The position numbers were made by a program, and so were the translations under genes. A stretch of 64,000 bases of DNA from Tubiluchus corallicola (lineage: Eukaryota; Animalia; Priapulida). Under the pieces are notes generated by a model. The model worked only from the letters and a program-made list of their open reading frames with translations, did not search any database and was not told the DNA's origin. Positions 11,701 to 26,506 of this stretch are shown here, piece by piece (within the stretch, counting starts at the first letter, position 1; each line of letters starts with the position of its first letter). The stretch lies in assembly GCA_030141605.1 (NCBI GenBank), contig JAQGDQ010000552.1, positions 80,393 to 144,392 of the forward strand, read 5' to 3'.

Positions 11701-14700
11701 CCCAAGCAAGATTCTGCTACGCACTCTACGCACAGACTAATGCATATTTAAGTAGTCCACGTAAAACAACTGACATTACTGAATGGGCACTGCAGATGGC
11801 TTTGCTTTACTCACATATCACGTGACGGCTGTAGTTAAGAGGTGTTGCTGTGGTACACTTAACCTTTGACCTGCACACGACGGAACTGTGGAAAGGCTTA
11901 TTGTGACTTACTCACTAAGTCAGAATCTCTGTTTATGTTTCATTACCGTTACTATGATTTTGAGCTTCGTCTCGATTATCAGGTGAGCCTCGCTGCGATT
12001 TCTGGCCCCCAGGTGGATCTGTTTCGCCGCGACGTAGCTAAGAGAATGAGACAGCCGCCTTGGAATCAATACCTGCCCTCTGGCGTCGATATTGAACAAC
12101 TCAGTCATGTACGTATTCTACAGCGTAAGCAAACAAGAGCATTATTCATTAACGAGTTGCCTGTAAGCATGGATAAGTAAATTTTTCCGTATACCCCACA
12201 CTGCACGTTATACATAGTGTATGTGGGTGTGACAGGATCGGAACATATTCATTATTATACGACTGCAAGTAGTGCAATTACGCACTTGCAGTGTTTTTTT
12301 CACTCGTCCCTAGATGGCAGACAATAAATAGTAACGCCAACTTTACCAATGCCCATTCCGGCAGCGTGAAGTTAGAAGCTACATCAGGACAATGAACATA
12401 GCAGCTAGGGGTGAGCATCGAACGTTCGAATTCAATTCGAACGAGTTTTTTAGTTTGAATTTGATTTGAATTCTAAATACCAACATTCGATTCGAATACG
12501 CTTTCTGGTAGAGAATCCTCAGCCCTAATAGCAGCTGTGTGTCACAAACACCATGGCAACCTGTTGTTCCAGCTAAGCTGTGGTTTGCTGCTGTGTGTCA
12601 CAAACACCATGGCAACCTATTGTTCCAGCTAAGCTGTGGTTTGCTGCTGCGTGTCACAAACACCATGGCAACCTATTGTTCCAGCTAAGCTGTGGTTTGC
12701 TGCTGCGTGTCACAAACACCATGGCAACCTATTGTTCCAGCTAAGCTGTGGTTTGCTGCTGCGTGTCACAAACACCATGGCAACCTATTGTTCCAGCTAA
12801 GCTGTGGCTTGCTGCTGTGTGTTGCAAACACCATGGCAACCTGTTGTTCCAGCTAAGCTGTGGCTTGCTGCTGTGTGAAATTTTACACACTTTTTTGCAA
12901 ATATCATTTGTGCACAAAAAGTTTATGTCCTACATTTGCATAAATAACACGTTCCAGTTGGATATTTCATTAGCTATTTGAAGATGCTGGCTGTTTTTGT
13001 TTAAATAGGCAAATAATTTAATTACTTGAGTAAAATCTGGCAGTGCCGCATGAAAAACGCTTCATTTACTGAACAAAACACTTTATAAATTTACCGAAAA
13101 CACACAAAATCCAAAAATGATCTTGAAACAAAAATATCATCATTACAAAGCTTAGGAACCCCTCTTTATAGATGCATTGGCTGTTTTTACCTGCAAACAC
13201 ACATTGTAACAAAATTAACACATATTGTGTAAAAAGTGAAATTCCTTCATGCCCAGCTTTATAAAATGTTATCATTGCAAAGCTGAAGAACCCTTCTCAA
13301 TAGATCCATTGGCTGTTTTTACCTGCAAACACTCATTGTAACAAAATTAACGATTATTGTGTAAAAGTGAAATTTCTCCATGACCAGCTTGATTAATAAG
13401 GTTCACAAGTTATTTGTTCATTATTAGTTTGTTTAATTGCTAATTGTTTTTTACCTAGGGTGACAGGTATGCAGGATTTCTTCATGATGCAGTTTACCTC
13501 TACGCCGTAGCCATAAACCAGACCCTCTCGAATGGAGAGAACCCCCGTAATGGATCAGCCGTCGCCGCTTACTTCAGAAGGCAGATTTTCAGGGGTATAT
13601 TAATGATTGCACTCACAACTGTTAAAGCAAAAGCAGACCCAGTCTTGAACTGGAAGTTAAAATAATCTATTCCTTAAAATCTTGAAAGGAAACCTTGAAA
13701 GGAAAAGAATTATTACCACACAAACACAATTTCACGTTCGCACCACTAGTTCATCGCTGTTACGTGCATTTCGTCGTTCGTTAGTTAGACGGGCACTATC
13801 GCCTGCAGTTCGGAAATGCGTTGCACAAAATCAGGTGCTGTACCTCTCAGTTCAGATGTGTTAGTTTGTGATGAACTACACATGTTTGACAGCTCATGCG
13901 CGCACAGCGGTAAATTTGAAATTTGCCTAGTTTTAGTACAACACACTGAATATCTTACAGTAGCACTGTACTTTTTCGCTTTCGCAAACACGTGCAACTC
14001 GCTCGTGGAATATTTTTGTTGGTGGAAATTATGTTAGTTTGTGATGTCATCAATAGTTGGGCTCGCCCGCCATTAATTAAGTTTACAATGTATTAAATGA
14101 TTAGAAACGCTTTTGGAGTATTAATTACGTTCCTTTTATCCTTTTTATCGAACTTGAAAATGGGGTAGTTTATGAAAAATCATCCTGTCCTTCGTTAAAG
14201 TTGTGACAAAAGCGGCTTAATGTGGCAACACACCTTGAACTTCTGTTAGTTTGAGACTCATTACTCCATTTTGTTTTATTTTTGACTCTCTTCTAGAAGC
14301 TGACTTCTGATTGTAATTCTTGAAATGTTGGAATCTCGTAACTGACCTGTATATTTGCAGGGATTACGGGAAGAGTCTACATGGATGACTTTGCAGACAG
14401 GCAACCGGAATTTTTGATTTTTGACCTCAAGGAGGACGGAAATTTTCACGTCATTTCTGAATATGTCACGCTGGACAATGGATCACAGGTGAGTTGGGAG
14501 CTGACACACTGTTGACTAAAGTTGACCCAACTGCTAACAAAATCTAGCAGCAATCTTGCAAGATTTTTTCCTACGGTACAATTACAGTTGGTATTTTATT
14601 TATAATGAATGTGTCATGCTGGACAACAGATCACAGGTGAGTTGGGAGCTGACACACTGTTGACTAAAGTTAATTATTCCTCAGCCTTGGATAATTTGTG

Positions 14701-17700
14701 TTGTCTTAGTGCTTTGAAAATGAAAACATTGTTCTGATCTAGTTGGGAAGAATCCGTGTAAGGTTGTGACGTTTTGAAATTAATGACGCTTTCTACTTAT
14801 GCAACTCTTACTAGTAAATTGTTCGAAGATGTTGTTGCCCTGAGAAATAGTTATATTCGAATCTGTTTATTTTTAATAATGATGTATTACTTATACAACT
14901 AGGCAAAATGATAAATTTCACAAGCCTAAATTCAAAACTGACGTTACAAAACACTCTTATAGATCTCTTCTTCAAAATCTCATTCCAACTATTGTAGACA
15001 ATGAGGTATCAACATTTATCAGAGTATTCTACCCACTCGTGGAGCTAACAGCGTAAGTTCTTCTACTCCTAAAGATAGATTTGGTTAAAGTTGTTGAACA
15101 TCTTTATTTATCTTAGCTATCAAAGTGGTTTCTGGTTTGCCAGGTGGTTTTTTGCAATATTTTAAGGCTTCCTTTAAGGCGATGGTGCTTCATTTGGTAA
15201 TCTTAGAATATGTCTTAGCCATCTTAATCTTCGGACCTTGACTTTTGAACTCCCACAAATTTCTTTCGTTCTGGTGTATAAATCCTCATTTTTGATTATG
15301 TATGGCAATCTTATTATTAAAACATTCCTTATAAATATCAAGGTGTCGTATTGCGAAATAATCTTCACAATCAAGAAACAAAAGCAAAATTCATTATGTG
15401 TTTTAAGAAACGAATACGACTACATTAAACTTCGACGTAATGTTCCTGTTTTTACTCACGCATGTGTAGATGTATTTGTATTGTACAATTATAAATGTTT
15501 TTATGATGTAACCAACTTTTTAAATTACTGTTTGTGTGCTTGCATAGCAAAAAATCGCCCATACGTTGGCAACTAAGCTTTTCCAGTTATTCACGTATCC
15601 TGAATCTCCATTTCATGAGGATCATTTTGATACCAAGTTCATCGCTCTATGTTATTTCTAAGCTGAAATAATCCACGTTGAAGTTGAGGTGCAGGCTGCA
15701 CACTGAAAAACATAACCTTGAGAAAATCACTGTTAAAGGCAGCCATTGTTTTTTGTTGTGTGTCTACAAAACACTTAGCAACCGCACAAATGTTGGTTGC
15801 TACAGACTTTGCAAGAACACGTTAAAGTTATGCTTAAATCCAGTAGATGGTTCACTCTGACGAAGATCTGAACTTCGCAACAGAAAAAACCTGAAGCAAA
15901 ATGACTATCACCAACGAACTACAATCGGAGTTTGGAAATACAAGTTTTTTGCAATTGCTGTACTAGTTTTTAGGCAGAGAAGTGGGTATGGGGTTATAAA
16001 AGTAAAGTTTTAATATTTTTTGACACTTTCTTGATAGTTTTATGCTAGGATATAAAAGTCCAATATATTTAGCTTTTGTTAAAAAACAAAAAATTGACGT
16101 TTGACCATCTTTGTGGTGCATTTTACTTTGAAGCCTCATAACGTAGTTTGAACTGGACGGTTTTGGTTTGCAAGCACACATTTGCATTTTGCACACTTTT
16201 ACTCTTTTAATTAGAATTGCACCATTAGAATTTACTGGTTTTTACTGCCTTTACATTATGATAATTAATAGACAGATAAAATATTAGAACCTACAAGTCT
16301 GTACAGTCAACCCTCTTTAAACCGGACTAATTGGGGGGTCCGATTTATCCGATATGCCTATATATGGTCTATATTATACAGAAATAATCACCTTAATAAG
16401 GCCTATATACATTGCACTATATACTATACTGTATATTACTTTAAAATAGTTAACCTGTGGGGATAAAGAAATTAGCGAGTGCTTTCGATGGGGTAAGCAA
16501 ACTGAATTTTTGCGGGAATCGTAGCAGAATGGGCGGCACCGCGAGCCGCTTCGGCCCGTACAGTGGCTCTGGGTGAGTTGGTAGGCCGTGTTGTGTTTAG
16601 CGCTCCGGCTCGGTCGGAAATCGGTCAGTTTCCTTTACCACGGATGACGTCCGTCTTATCTGATATCCGGGCTAACGGGGTCCGGTTTAACAAGGATCGA
16701 CTGTATTGATTTCAACATCCTTATTGCACCTAACAATTTGATAATTTTTAGTAGAATATAATTGTATTGTATCGTATAACGTGTCTGTTTGTAAATATGG
16801 AAATCAAAATAAACAGTAAAAACATAATTATTCACTTACGCAGGAATCATATCCATTTTGCGAAAAGTGGCAGAAACACTAAAATGCGTTGAAGTTGTGT
16901 TCTGGTCAAATTCTGAACTTGACCGCTGCTTGACCACTTTTAAATGAAATTAGCCGATCGATACATATAACAAAGACCTTGCTGGTGTGTTGTTTATTAC
17001 CAGGGATGTATTAACTAATAGGTTAACTAGGGTGCCAAAGTTTGAGGGGCATCACATTTTAGAAAAAAAATTCTTATTCTTGGAAAATGTATATAGCTTC
17101 ATATTCATGTAAAGGGTGCATTTCATAACACACTACAGGCAGTTACTGAGCTCAGCTTCTATATAATTGCCCCATAACGAACAGGTGCAAGGTATTACAC
17201 AACAAACAGTTGCACAGCCTGCTTGAATATAAGCTCTATGCAAGTACTCGTAATTAATAATGTCCTCTTAGAAACTATGTTAATAGTGTTTCTAATAAGT
17301 GCACCACAAGTAATTGTTTGATCTGCCCATTACGTAATCAGTAATAAATTTAAAATAAAGACAGGCGAGGCAGAGCTATCAGCCTAAGGCTTCGTAAAGT
17401 TTTGATACGCTCCCGTGCGTTATTTACATAGACATTACTTTGCTAAGACGAAGTGGTATGTTTCAGGCTTACCGGATGCTCGGCGAGCCCCAGTGGCCGA
17501 ATCGCAAGATTGGACGCCAGTTCGCACCACGGGACGTGCCGGTCTGCGGCTTCGACAACGATCTTTGCCCGGATGACAACAAGGTCTTGGAAATCATCAT
17601 CATCATCATTCTGTGCAGCGTCTTCATCTCAGTTTTTGTCATTGCCGGCACTCTTGTCTTCAGGTAAACTGGAAATTTTCATACTTCTATCTCACAATTA

Positions 17701-20700
17701 TTATACTGTTATTGGGCAGAAAGGGTATTTTATAGTATATACCTATTAACATACAACCAGTTTATATGGGCAGAGCCAACAGTATAGACTATAGAACGTT
17801 AAGCACTAATTACGTATTTAACAGAAGCCAAATAGGTAATGAATAAGCAGACCTGTAGAAAAGAAATTGATACAGTAAATTACGCACTAATTATGTATTT
17901 AACAGAAATTTCTTTTCTACAGGTCTGCTTATTCATTATCTATTTGGCTGCTCATTAAATACATAATTAGTGCATAATGTTCTATACTGTAGGCTCTGCC
18001 TATATAAACCGGTTGTATGTTTATAAAAATTTACCACTGATGAAGACAGCAGTAGCTCTGTCGAAACGTTTGACATGGTCTTATTTTCATTTTTGCCTGG
18101 AATTTTCTACAGAATGGTTAATATGAAAATAATATCCCATTAGTTATTTTACTTTACTTTTTTACAGTAATATTAATCTAAAAGTTTTCACTATACTGTT
18201 ATGACTATCGCTCAATGTCTAAATAGCAGTTTCTGTAATGTCGACATTGTTTTAACACGAAAAACTCACTCGCAGTATTTTAAATTCATTCAGACACGAC
18301 AAAAAACAGAAGAACGCTCGTCTGCTGGCATGGAAGATTGCGTGGGAGGAGCTAGAAGGTGTCACCAAATCCAGCAGCGCTCCTCGTCGTGGGAGCCGTG
18401 CGGGAAGTAGCTTGGTAGGTGTTGTTATTACAATTAGTTAGGGTGATTACAATACTTGTGTAAGCATAACAATGGCAATAAAGAATTATACATACAATCA
18501 ACCCTCGTTAAACCGGACTAATTGGGGGGTGGGGGGTGGTCCGGTTTAGCCGATTGTCCAATTTATCCAATATGCCTATGTTTATGGTCTATATTATACA
18601 GGAACAATCACCTTAATAAGGCCTATATACTGTGCACTATGTACTATACTGTATATTACTCTAAAATAGTTAACCTGTGAGGATAAAGAAATTATTGTAC
18701 AGTTGGTAGGCCGTGTTGTGTTTAGCGCTCCGGCTCGGACGGAAATCGGTCAGTTTCCTTTACCACGAATCGCGTCCATCTTATCCGATATCCGGGCTAA
18801 CGGGGTCCGGTTTAACGAGGGTCGACTGTATATGTGTGTGTGCGCGTGTGTGTGTGCTTGCATAGCAAAATCATCCATAAGTCGGCAGTTAACCTTTTCT
18901 AGTTATTCACATATCCCGAATCTCCATTTCATGAGGATCATTTTGATACCAAGTTCATCGCTCTATGTTATTTCTAAGCTGAGATAATCCACGTTAAAGT
19001 TGAGGTACAGGCTGCACACTGAAAAACATAATCTTGAGAAAATCACTGTTAAAGTCAGCCATTGTTTTTGCCACATTTCTACAAAACACTTAGCAACCGC
19101 ACAATTGTTGGTTGCTATGGACTTTACAAGGACACAATGAAGTTATGTATAAAACCAGTAGATGGCTCTTCCTGATGAAGATCTGGTCTTGTCAACAGAA
19201 AAAACCCGAAACAAAATGACAGCTTCCACGAGCTACAATCAGAGTTTGAGAATACAAGTTTTTTACAATTGCAGTACTAGTTTTTAGCAAGAATAGTGGA
19301 TACAGGGTTATAAAATTAGATTTTTACTATTTTTTGGACACTTTCTTGATAATTTGATGCTAGAATAAAAAACTCCAAAGTATTTAGCGTTGATTTTTAT
19401 AAAAAACAAAAAATGATAATTTTGATCAAATTTTTGGTGCTTTCTACTTTGAAGTTTTAACTTTGCCAACTTGCTCATAACTTTGCAAACAGCACTTCTC
19501 ACTGTTGTTAGAATGTCTTCCTTCAAATTAGGACAGTCCCAGGACTGGTTCACTAAAAGACGGTGCATCACAGCTGTCCGGCAGCAAGCTGTCCAGCGGT
19601 TTCTTGACCGACGCCGGTTACAGCTCCGGCAGGCAGACGGTCATCTCCGGGGTGCAGAGACAGATCTTTGCGACGGTTGCCAACCTCCGCGGGAAGAGAG
19701 TGGCTCTGAAAACCATCAACAAGGAGCACCTTCAGATAACCAAAACCATAAAAAACGAGTTTAATATCGTAAGTGAAATCACGAAATTTGAATACAGTAA
19801 GTCATCGCTTAGCGATGCTAATGCGTTCCAGCAGAATGCGATGTTAAGTGAAACATCGTTAAACACAGCTAATAATGTAAAGGAATTTAGATGCTTTCCA
19901 GAAATAAAAAGTCCTTCACATAAATTTCTAATATCCCTCGCTTGATACATCAATCAGTCGGAAACCAAAAACTTAAATAATAATTGTACTGTTTTATGTT
20001 GCTGGTGCATTTTTAGAGCAGAATAATGCAATACGTACTGTCTTAATCCTTCGAATTAGGTAAAAAGAATTGTTGGTAAAATAAATGTCAGCTTTGAGCA
20101 AAGTAAAAATCGTCGTTAAAATGAAATACGAGTCATTAGGTAAGGAAAGGTGTCAATTGTTCAGCGTCGTTAAAATGAAGCATCGCTAAACGGGGCATCG
20201 TTAAGCGAGGACTTACTGTAATACTTTCTTTGTTTAATCATCGTTTTAACAACTGACAGTAAAGTTAGTGTGAAGATGGTGCACAAAGCATATACTGCCA
20301 TCTATTGACAAAGAAAGAGAGCTTTAGATGCTAGTGTTTTTTTAACTTTCTATGTCCATTCCATTGTCTGGCTGGCAATATGGTTACTGTGAAGATTGCT
20401 GTGATATGTGGTGCACAAAGTTTATACTGCCATCTATTGACAAACAAAGAGAGCTTTAGATGCTAGTGTTTTTTTAACTTTCTATGTCCATTCCATTGTA
20501 GCAATATTGTTACTGTGAAGATTGCTGTGATATATATTGCACAAAGTTTATACTGCCATCTATTGACAAAGAAAGAGAGCTTTAGATGCTAGTGTTTTTT
20601 TAACTTTCTATGTCCATTCCATTGTAGCAATATTGTTACTGTGAAGATTGCTGTGATATATATTGCACAAAGTTTATACTGCCATCTATTGACAAAGAAA

Positions 20701-23700
20701 GAGAGCTTTAGATGCTAGTGTTTTTTTTAACTTTCTATGTCCATTCCATTGTCTGGCTGGCATTATGGTTACTGTGAAGATTGCTGTGATATGTGGTGCG
20801 CAAAGCTTATAATGCCATCTATTGACAAGAAGACGAAGCTTTAGATTCCAGCGTTTTTTATCTTTTTACGTGTTGTAGAAAATTCAAGATTTAATGCTTG
20901 CCTTTTGTATGCACAAGTGTTTTTATAGTAAACTTATAACGCCTCATCTACTTAATTGTAAAATTTTCAATTCATTTCATACATTTCATCGGTTAATATT
21001 GATACAGTTTGGCAGCGATGATAGTGGTGATAGTGATGATGTCTACAATAGTTGTGGGGGTTTTGTCATGTCCCACAAATGATACCCATAATTGATGTCG
21101 ATTATTACGGCTACACCGACATTTGCCTTTTCATTTTCATATCAGACCGTTAAACAACAAAATTAATTAGCTAAATTATAATACAGCTGCTGTGTAAATG
21201 AGCAGTTTTTTTAATCCAGGTAAAAGAGATGACGCATGACAACATAAACGTGTTCGTCGGTGCAGTGATTGACCCGCCCAACATCTGTCTTGTGTGGGAG
21301 TACTGCAGTAAAGGAAGCTTGCAGGTACCAACTTTTTCATTCATAGTACAGCATAATAGAATCGGGGAGCGTTTTAGTAGTATGGCTCGTTTTTGTCTGC
21401 ATCACCAATTGCAATATATTTTAGTTTTGTGCATTACCAGATAGTAGTATCATTTACTTTGTTGAATCTGTGCGATCACTCAGTAGTATGTTTCACTTGT
21501 GTCTGCGTCACCAGTTAGTAGTATCATGTTGTATGTTTAATTTCCCCGTCATCAATCTGTAGTATGTTTCATTTATGTCTGTGTCTCCAACTAGTAGTAT
21601 GTTTTGTTTGTATCTGTGTCGCCAGTTAGTAGTACGTTTCGTTTGTGTCTGTATCATCAGTTAGTAGTATGTTTTGTTTGTATCTGTGTCGCCAGTTAGT
21701 AGTATGTTTCATTTGTGTCTGCATCATCAGTTAGTAGTATGTTTTATTTGTATCTGTGTCGCCAGTTAGTAGTATGTTTCGTTTGTGTCTGTATCATCAG
21801 TTAGTAGTATGTTTTGTTGGCATCTGTGTCACCAGTTAGTAGTATGTTTAATTTGTGTCTGTGTCACCAGTTAATAATAATAATAATTTCGTTTAGCACA
21901 TAGTTCAAGGGTAGCACCTTAAGTAACTCAATACTTATGTCCAAGATGGTCCCGATTATTATTACTCGCATGTTACTCCGATAAACCCACGTGCTTGGTC
22001 GAAGAACCAGCGGTACCATTTTTTAAGTCTTTGACATGCCTCAGGAGCTAAACCTCTGATATCTCGGGTGGGAAGTGAGCATGCTACCATTAAGCTTCTA
22101 CACCCTGTATTTACGTTTCCGTTGTACAGAAAATTGGTGTGGTAGAGATGAGGATGTTGAGATGGATGGTGGGAATAACAAGAAGAGATAAAATTAGAAA
22201 TAATAATATCAGAGGAACAGTAAAAGTAGTGGAAGCCTCGCAAGATTGCGGTGGTATGGACACCTGAAAAGAAGAGTCGGTGAAGATCATCTGGGAAGGG
22301 AAGACATAAATGAAGAGATGGTCAACAACAGGAATGCGTGGAGAAGACTCATTCACAACGGCGACCCCGAATAGGGAAAAGCTGGGAAGAAGAAGAAGTT
22401 ATCTGCTGAAACGTATATCACATTAGTTGATTATCATCGTTATTTTGCGTACTAAAACTTTCTGTGATTGTCTTTTTTGCTTCTAGGATATATTAGAAAA
22501 TGATGATATCAAACTAGATGCCACTTTCAAGTATTCTCTGCTCATGGATTTAGCTAATGGATTGGAATATCTACACAAGACAAAAATATCCTCGCACGGG
22601 TATCTAAAAGTGCGTAAAGTACAATGCTTCTGCAGATTTAGTACGAGGGTTTTGCATACATTTCTAAGCTTTTTAATACCAGTTGCAACTGTTTAATGCC
22701 TCGCTTTGCTAAAGAACTTTTGATGTGATATTTGTAGGCAATATCAGCTAGGGGTGAGCATCGAATGTTCGAATTCGATTCGAATGAGTTTTTTTAGTTC
22801 GAACTCGATTCGAATCCAAAACTATAGATTCGAATAATTCAGCACTTCAATCACATATGTTCCTGATCATTAAAACGATTGAAACATCATGCAATTAGCA
22901 TAATTTAGCAGTAATTTCTGTGCACAACTTTAAACAAATTACTAGTCGTTTTATTGCAGAACAAAATCTAGTGATATGCATGATCTTTGTAAGACTAATT
23001 TTTACTGGTGGTTCGAAAACTTGTTCGAAAATCGTTCAATCATGATTCGAATTCTGTTCGAATTCGAAACACTGAAGTTCGGTTCGATTCGAATTCGAAA
23101 GTCACAAATTCGATTAGATTCGAATTCGCTTTCTGGTAGAGAATGCTCACCCCTAATATCAGCAAAAGTTTACTTAAAGGAAAACCGAACTCAATCTTAA
23201 ACTGCAGTTTTAATCTCGGAACAATCGAACCTGTAAAATATTGAAAGGGAACATACTATTTTTTAAAGAATAATGTACGTGTAAGAATTATTACCACAGA
23301 AATGTAATTTCGCGTTCACGCCACTAGATCTTCACTGTTACGTGTATTTCGCCATTTGATAATTAACGTGATGTAGTCCACAGCGCCAAATTTGAAATTT
23401 GAATATTTGCTAAGTTTTAGCGTATCACACTCAATGTCGTGCTGTAGCACTATACTTCAAATTTTGCCTTCGCAAACACGTGCAACATGTGCAACAATGT
23501 TGTACTGTAGCACTGTACTTCAAATTTTGCCTTCGCAAACACGTGCAACACGCTCATGGTACATTTTTGCTGTTGAAAATGATGTTAGTTTGTGATGTTG
23601 TGCTCTTCTGCCATTAACTAAGTTTTTATATTTTTTATGTTCAATTGTGACATAATCACTACCTGAACTCACATCCAATTAATTAAATTTTTAACCTATT

Positions 23701-26459
23701 ATTTAATTATTAAAAGCACTTTAGTATGACTCCTATAGGTGTCAAAATGTATACAGTCTAACCTCGTTATCTCGCCACTGTCCGTCTAGGGCAAATTTTT
23801 GGCGAGAGGCGAGTATGGCGAGATAACGGGAATATAACGAAGTTAGTCTATATGTATATACATACTGTACATAATAGTTGATTAACATAGTGTTCCTCTA
23901 TGTACATATAAATTATATTTCGCATTATGATACCAATCAACATTAAATCAGAAATGAAAAAATGTCATAAAATAATCTTAGAATGTTACTTTTTTATTTA
24001 AAAAACCTTTTTCGAGTGTACACTTAATTGCAATAAACTTAGCAAAAGATTTAGAAATGTTCACAAATGAGTTACTGACGACTGAAATAATTCAGAAGAA
24101 ATAATTCATAAATGAGACACACATTAGATTAATTACGTCTGTCTATCAAGTACAGCAGCATTGTCTACATACCGCGGTTATATTGATCGACACGCGGTAT
24201 ATGTATTGATCGATTGACCTCTGAGTTTGTCTGTTTGGCGACATAACGAATATAGTTTACATAAGCACTCATCCTAGCATGACGTGGCGAGGGCGAGAAG
24301 CGAGTGTGGCGACTTAACGAGGTAAATATCAAAGCAGGAAATCCGTCCTGGTACTTTCTATGGCGAGAGACGAGTTTGGCGGCATAACGAGGGGCGAGAT
24401 AACGAGGTTAGACTGTAGTTTTTACCGTACTTCAAAATTCGGTAAAAAGCGAAAAATCATCCAGTTTTTCTTCGAGAAGAACCCATTCTTGTTTCAGCTG
24501 CTTTGAAACAGTTTCGATGGTGACTACTATCTATATTTGCCAATATAAACAATATTTGCCATATTGTTATTGTTTGTTTATTGCAGACTGTTTGTTTACT
24601 TATGTGGGGAATAATGGAGGAGAATTTGTTTTTCGTTTCAGTCGACCAATTGCGTTGTTGATAACAAATGGGTGCTGAAGATCACCGACTACGGTCTACA
24701 CACGGTTCTGTCCAATCAGGACACTGCTAAGGGATTACAGAGAGAGAATGAAGAATTTCTATGTACTTTAATTACGTTATTGATAATCCTATGACTATTG
24801 ATAAATCTATCTATGACTATCATTTGTTCACATTGTTCACACTGTAAAGTTCAAAAGTTCACGTTGATGAATACACACTTTGTACAGGGTGGTACAAAAC
24901 CGTTTGCTGGGGACGTAAAGAAAAGAATGAGCACTAGTGAAACACTATGTCACTTTAAGAAATCTCTAGACTCTTATCTTGTATGCCAATATCTGGGTAT
25001 CATTAGTCATCTACTTTATTGTCTCATCTATCATATGCCTATATCATATCGCTTATTGTTGCATGTTTAATTTTAACCACGATTTTTTTGCCCTACTTTA
25101 AACCCTAGAATCTTATTTACTGCGCTTGTACTCGATCAAGACGCCTGCTATTTAACCCAAACCACTGAAGCACAACTAAACTGACTGCAGACAATTAGCT
25201 GTAGCTACAGGCAGGTCACGATGATTTATTGCTTTCCCTCGTTTAGATAAAATTCATAAAATGCAAGAGGTTCAGCTGATAAAGCCCCACTACAAGCAAC
25301 TGAAGCAATGCACTATTGATTTTTGCTCCTGGTGTGCAATTGAATGCTTTTATATTGTTTCTTATTGAAAACAGTGTTTCGTTTAGCGACTTTTTGCTGG
25401 AACGCACTAGCATCGTTAAGCGACGACTTACTGTATACGAAAAATTAAAATTACAGTCAACCTCGGAAATAAGGGACACCTCAGAACGGGAAAAAATCGT
25501 CCCTTATACCAGATGTCCATTGTAGCCGAAGTTGAGTCAGACCAAGGGTATATCTAGACCTGTACTTTTCTATACTTTTACCCGTATTTTTATGGGTTAT
25601 TGCTACACATTTAGTGCAAACGGTATGTAGGAAGCTCCTTTGGTGATGTGAAATGTATGTGACCACGGAAACCGAGCTGTTCGAAGGCCGAGTTTACGAA
25701 AAATTGAGGTTAAAAATCGATGAATTTCTCTTTGATCATAGGGTCCCTTATATGCGAGGTAATTTACCCGAGTTTCTATTACGCAGGACCTGAAGATGTT
25801 GTAGATAATGTCCCTTATAACCGAAAGTCTCTATATCCGAGTACCTTATATACGAAGATTTTTACATAGGAAAAACGTTGCAAAAAATCGGGACCGGTGT
25901 TGGTGGTCCATTATAAGTGAGTGTCCCTCACAAGCGAGTACCTTATACCCGAGGTTGACTGTATCAGTTGCATATTTAGTTTTACCGAGCTTATTGATTG
26001 ATCATGTCTGGTCAGGTTTTCATTGTTGTTTTAACAGGCAAGCAGTGGACAGCACCGGAGTTACTGCGAGAAAATTTCCCGCCTCCGCAGGGGACGCAGA
26101 AGGGAGACATCTACAGTTTCGCCATAGTCATGTATGAACTCGTGTTCAGGACGCAGCCTTACTCATTTGAGCAGTTCACTCCTAGAGGTGGGTAGAATAA
26201 CTTGGTTAAAAATAAACTTTTTAAATAGAATACTCTCCCAAAGTTTTGTCAGAAATTGTTGTGTTAGTAACAATAATTGGTTGACTCGTGGTAAATTTTA
26301 AAGTTAAATTTTATTCATGTTTATACTTGGGAGGCCATCTTGCTGTATTAGAGAGTTTCTGCTAGAATCACAGAACACTTTTTGTGATTGTGTGGGTGGA
26401 CCTGACGTCATCCCACACCCACCATACTCGTAGACTACAATAATAAGCATTTTCGCAGT

Positions 26460-26506
<47 letters not shown>

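Noticed and set aside
24500-24535. Hairpin followed by GAAAC on the minus strand, hammerhead-like
   Set aside because: No CUGANGA box.
22590-24700. Kinase domain lacking the HRD Asp (HGYLKSTN)
   Set aside because: Normal for the kinase-homology domain of receptor guanylate cyclases.
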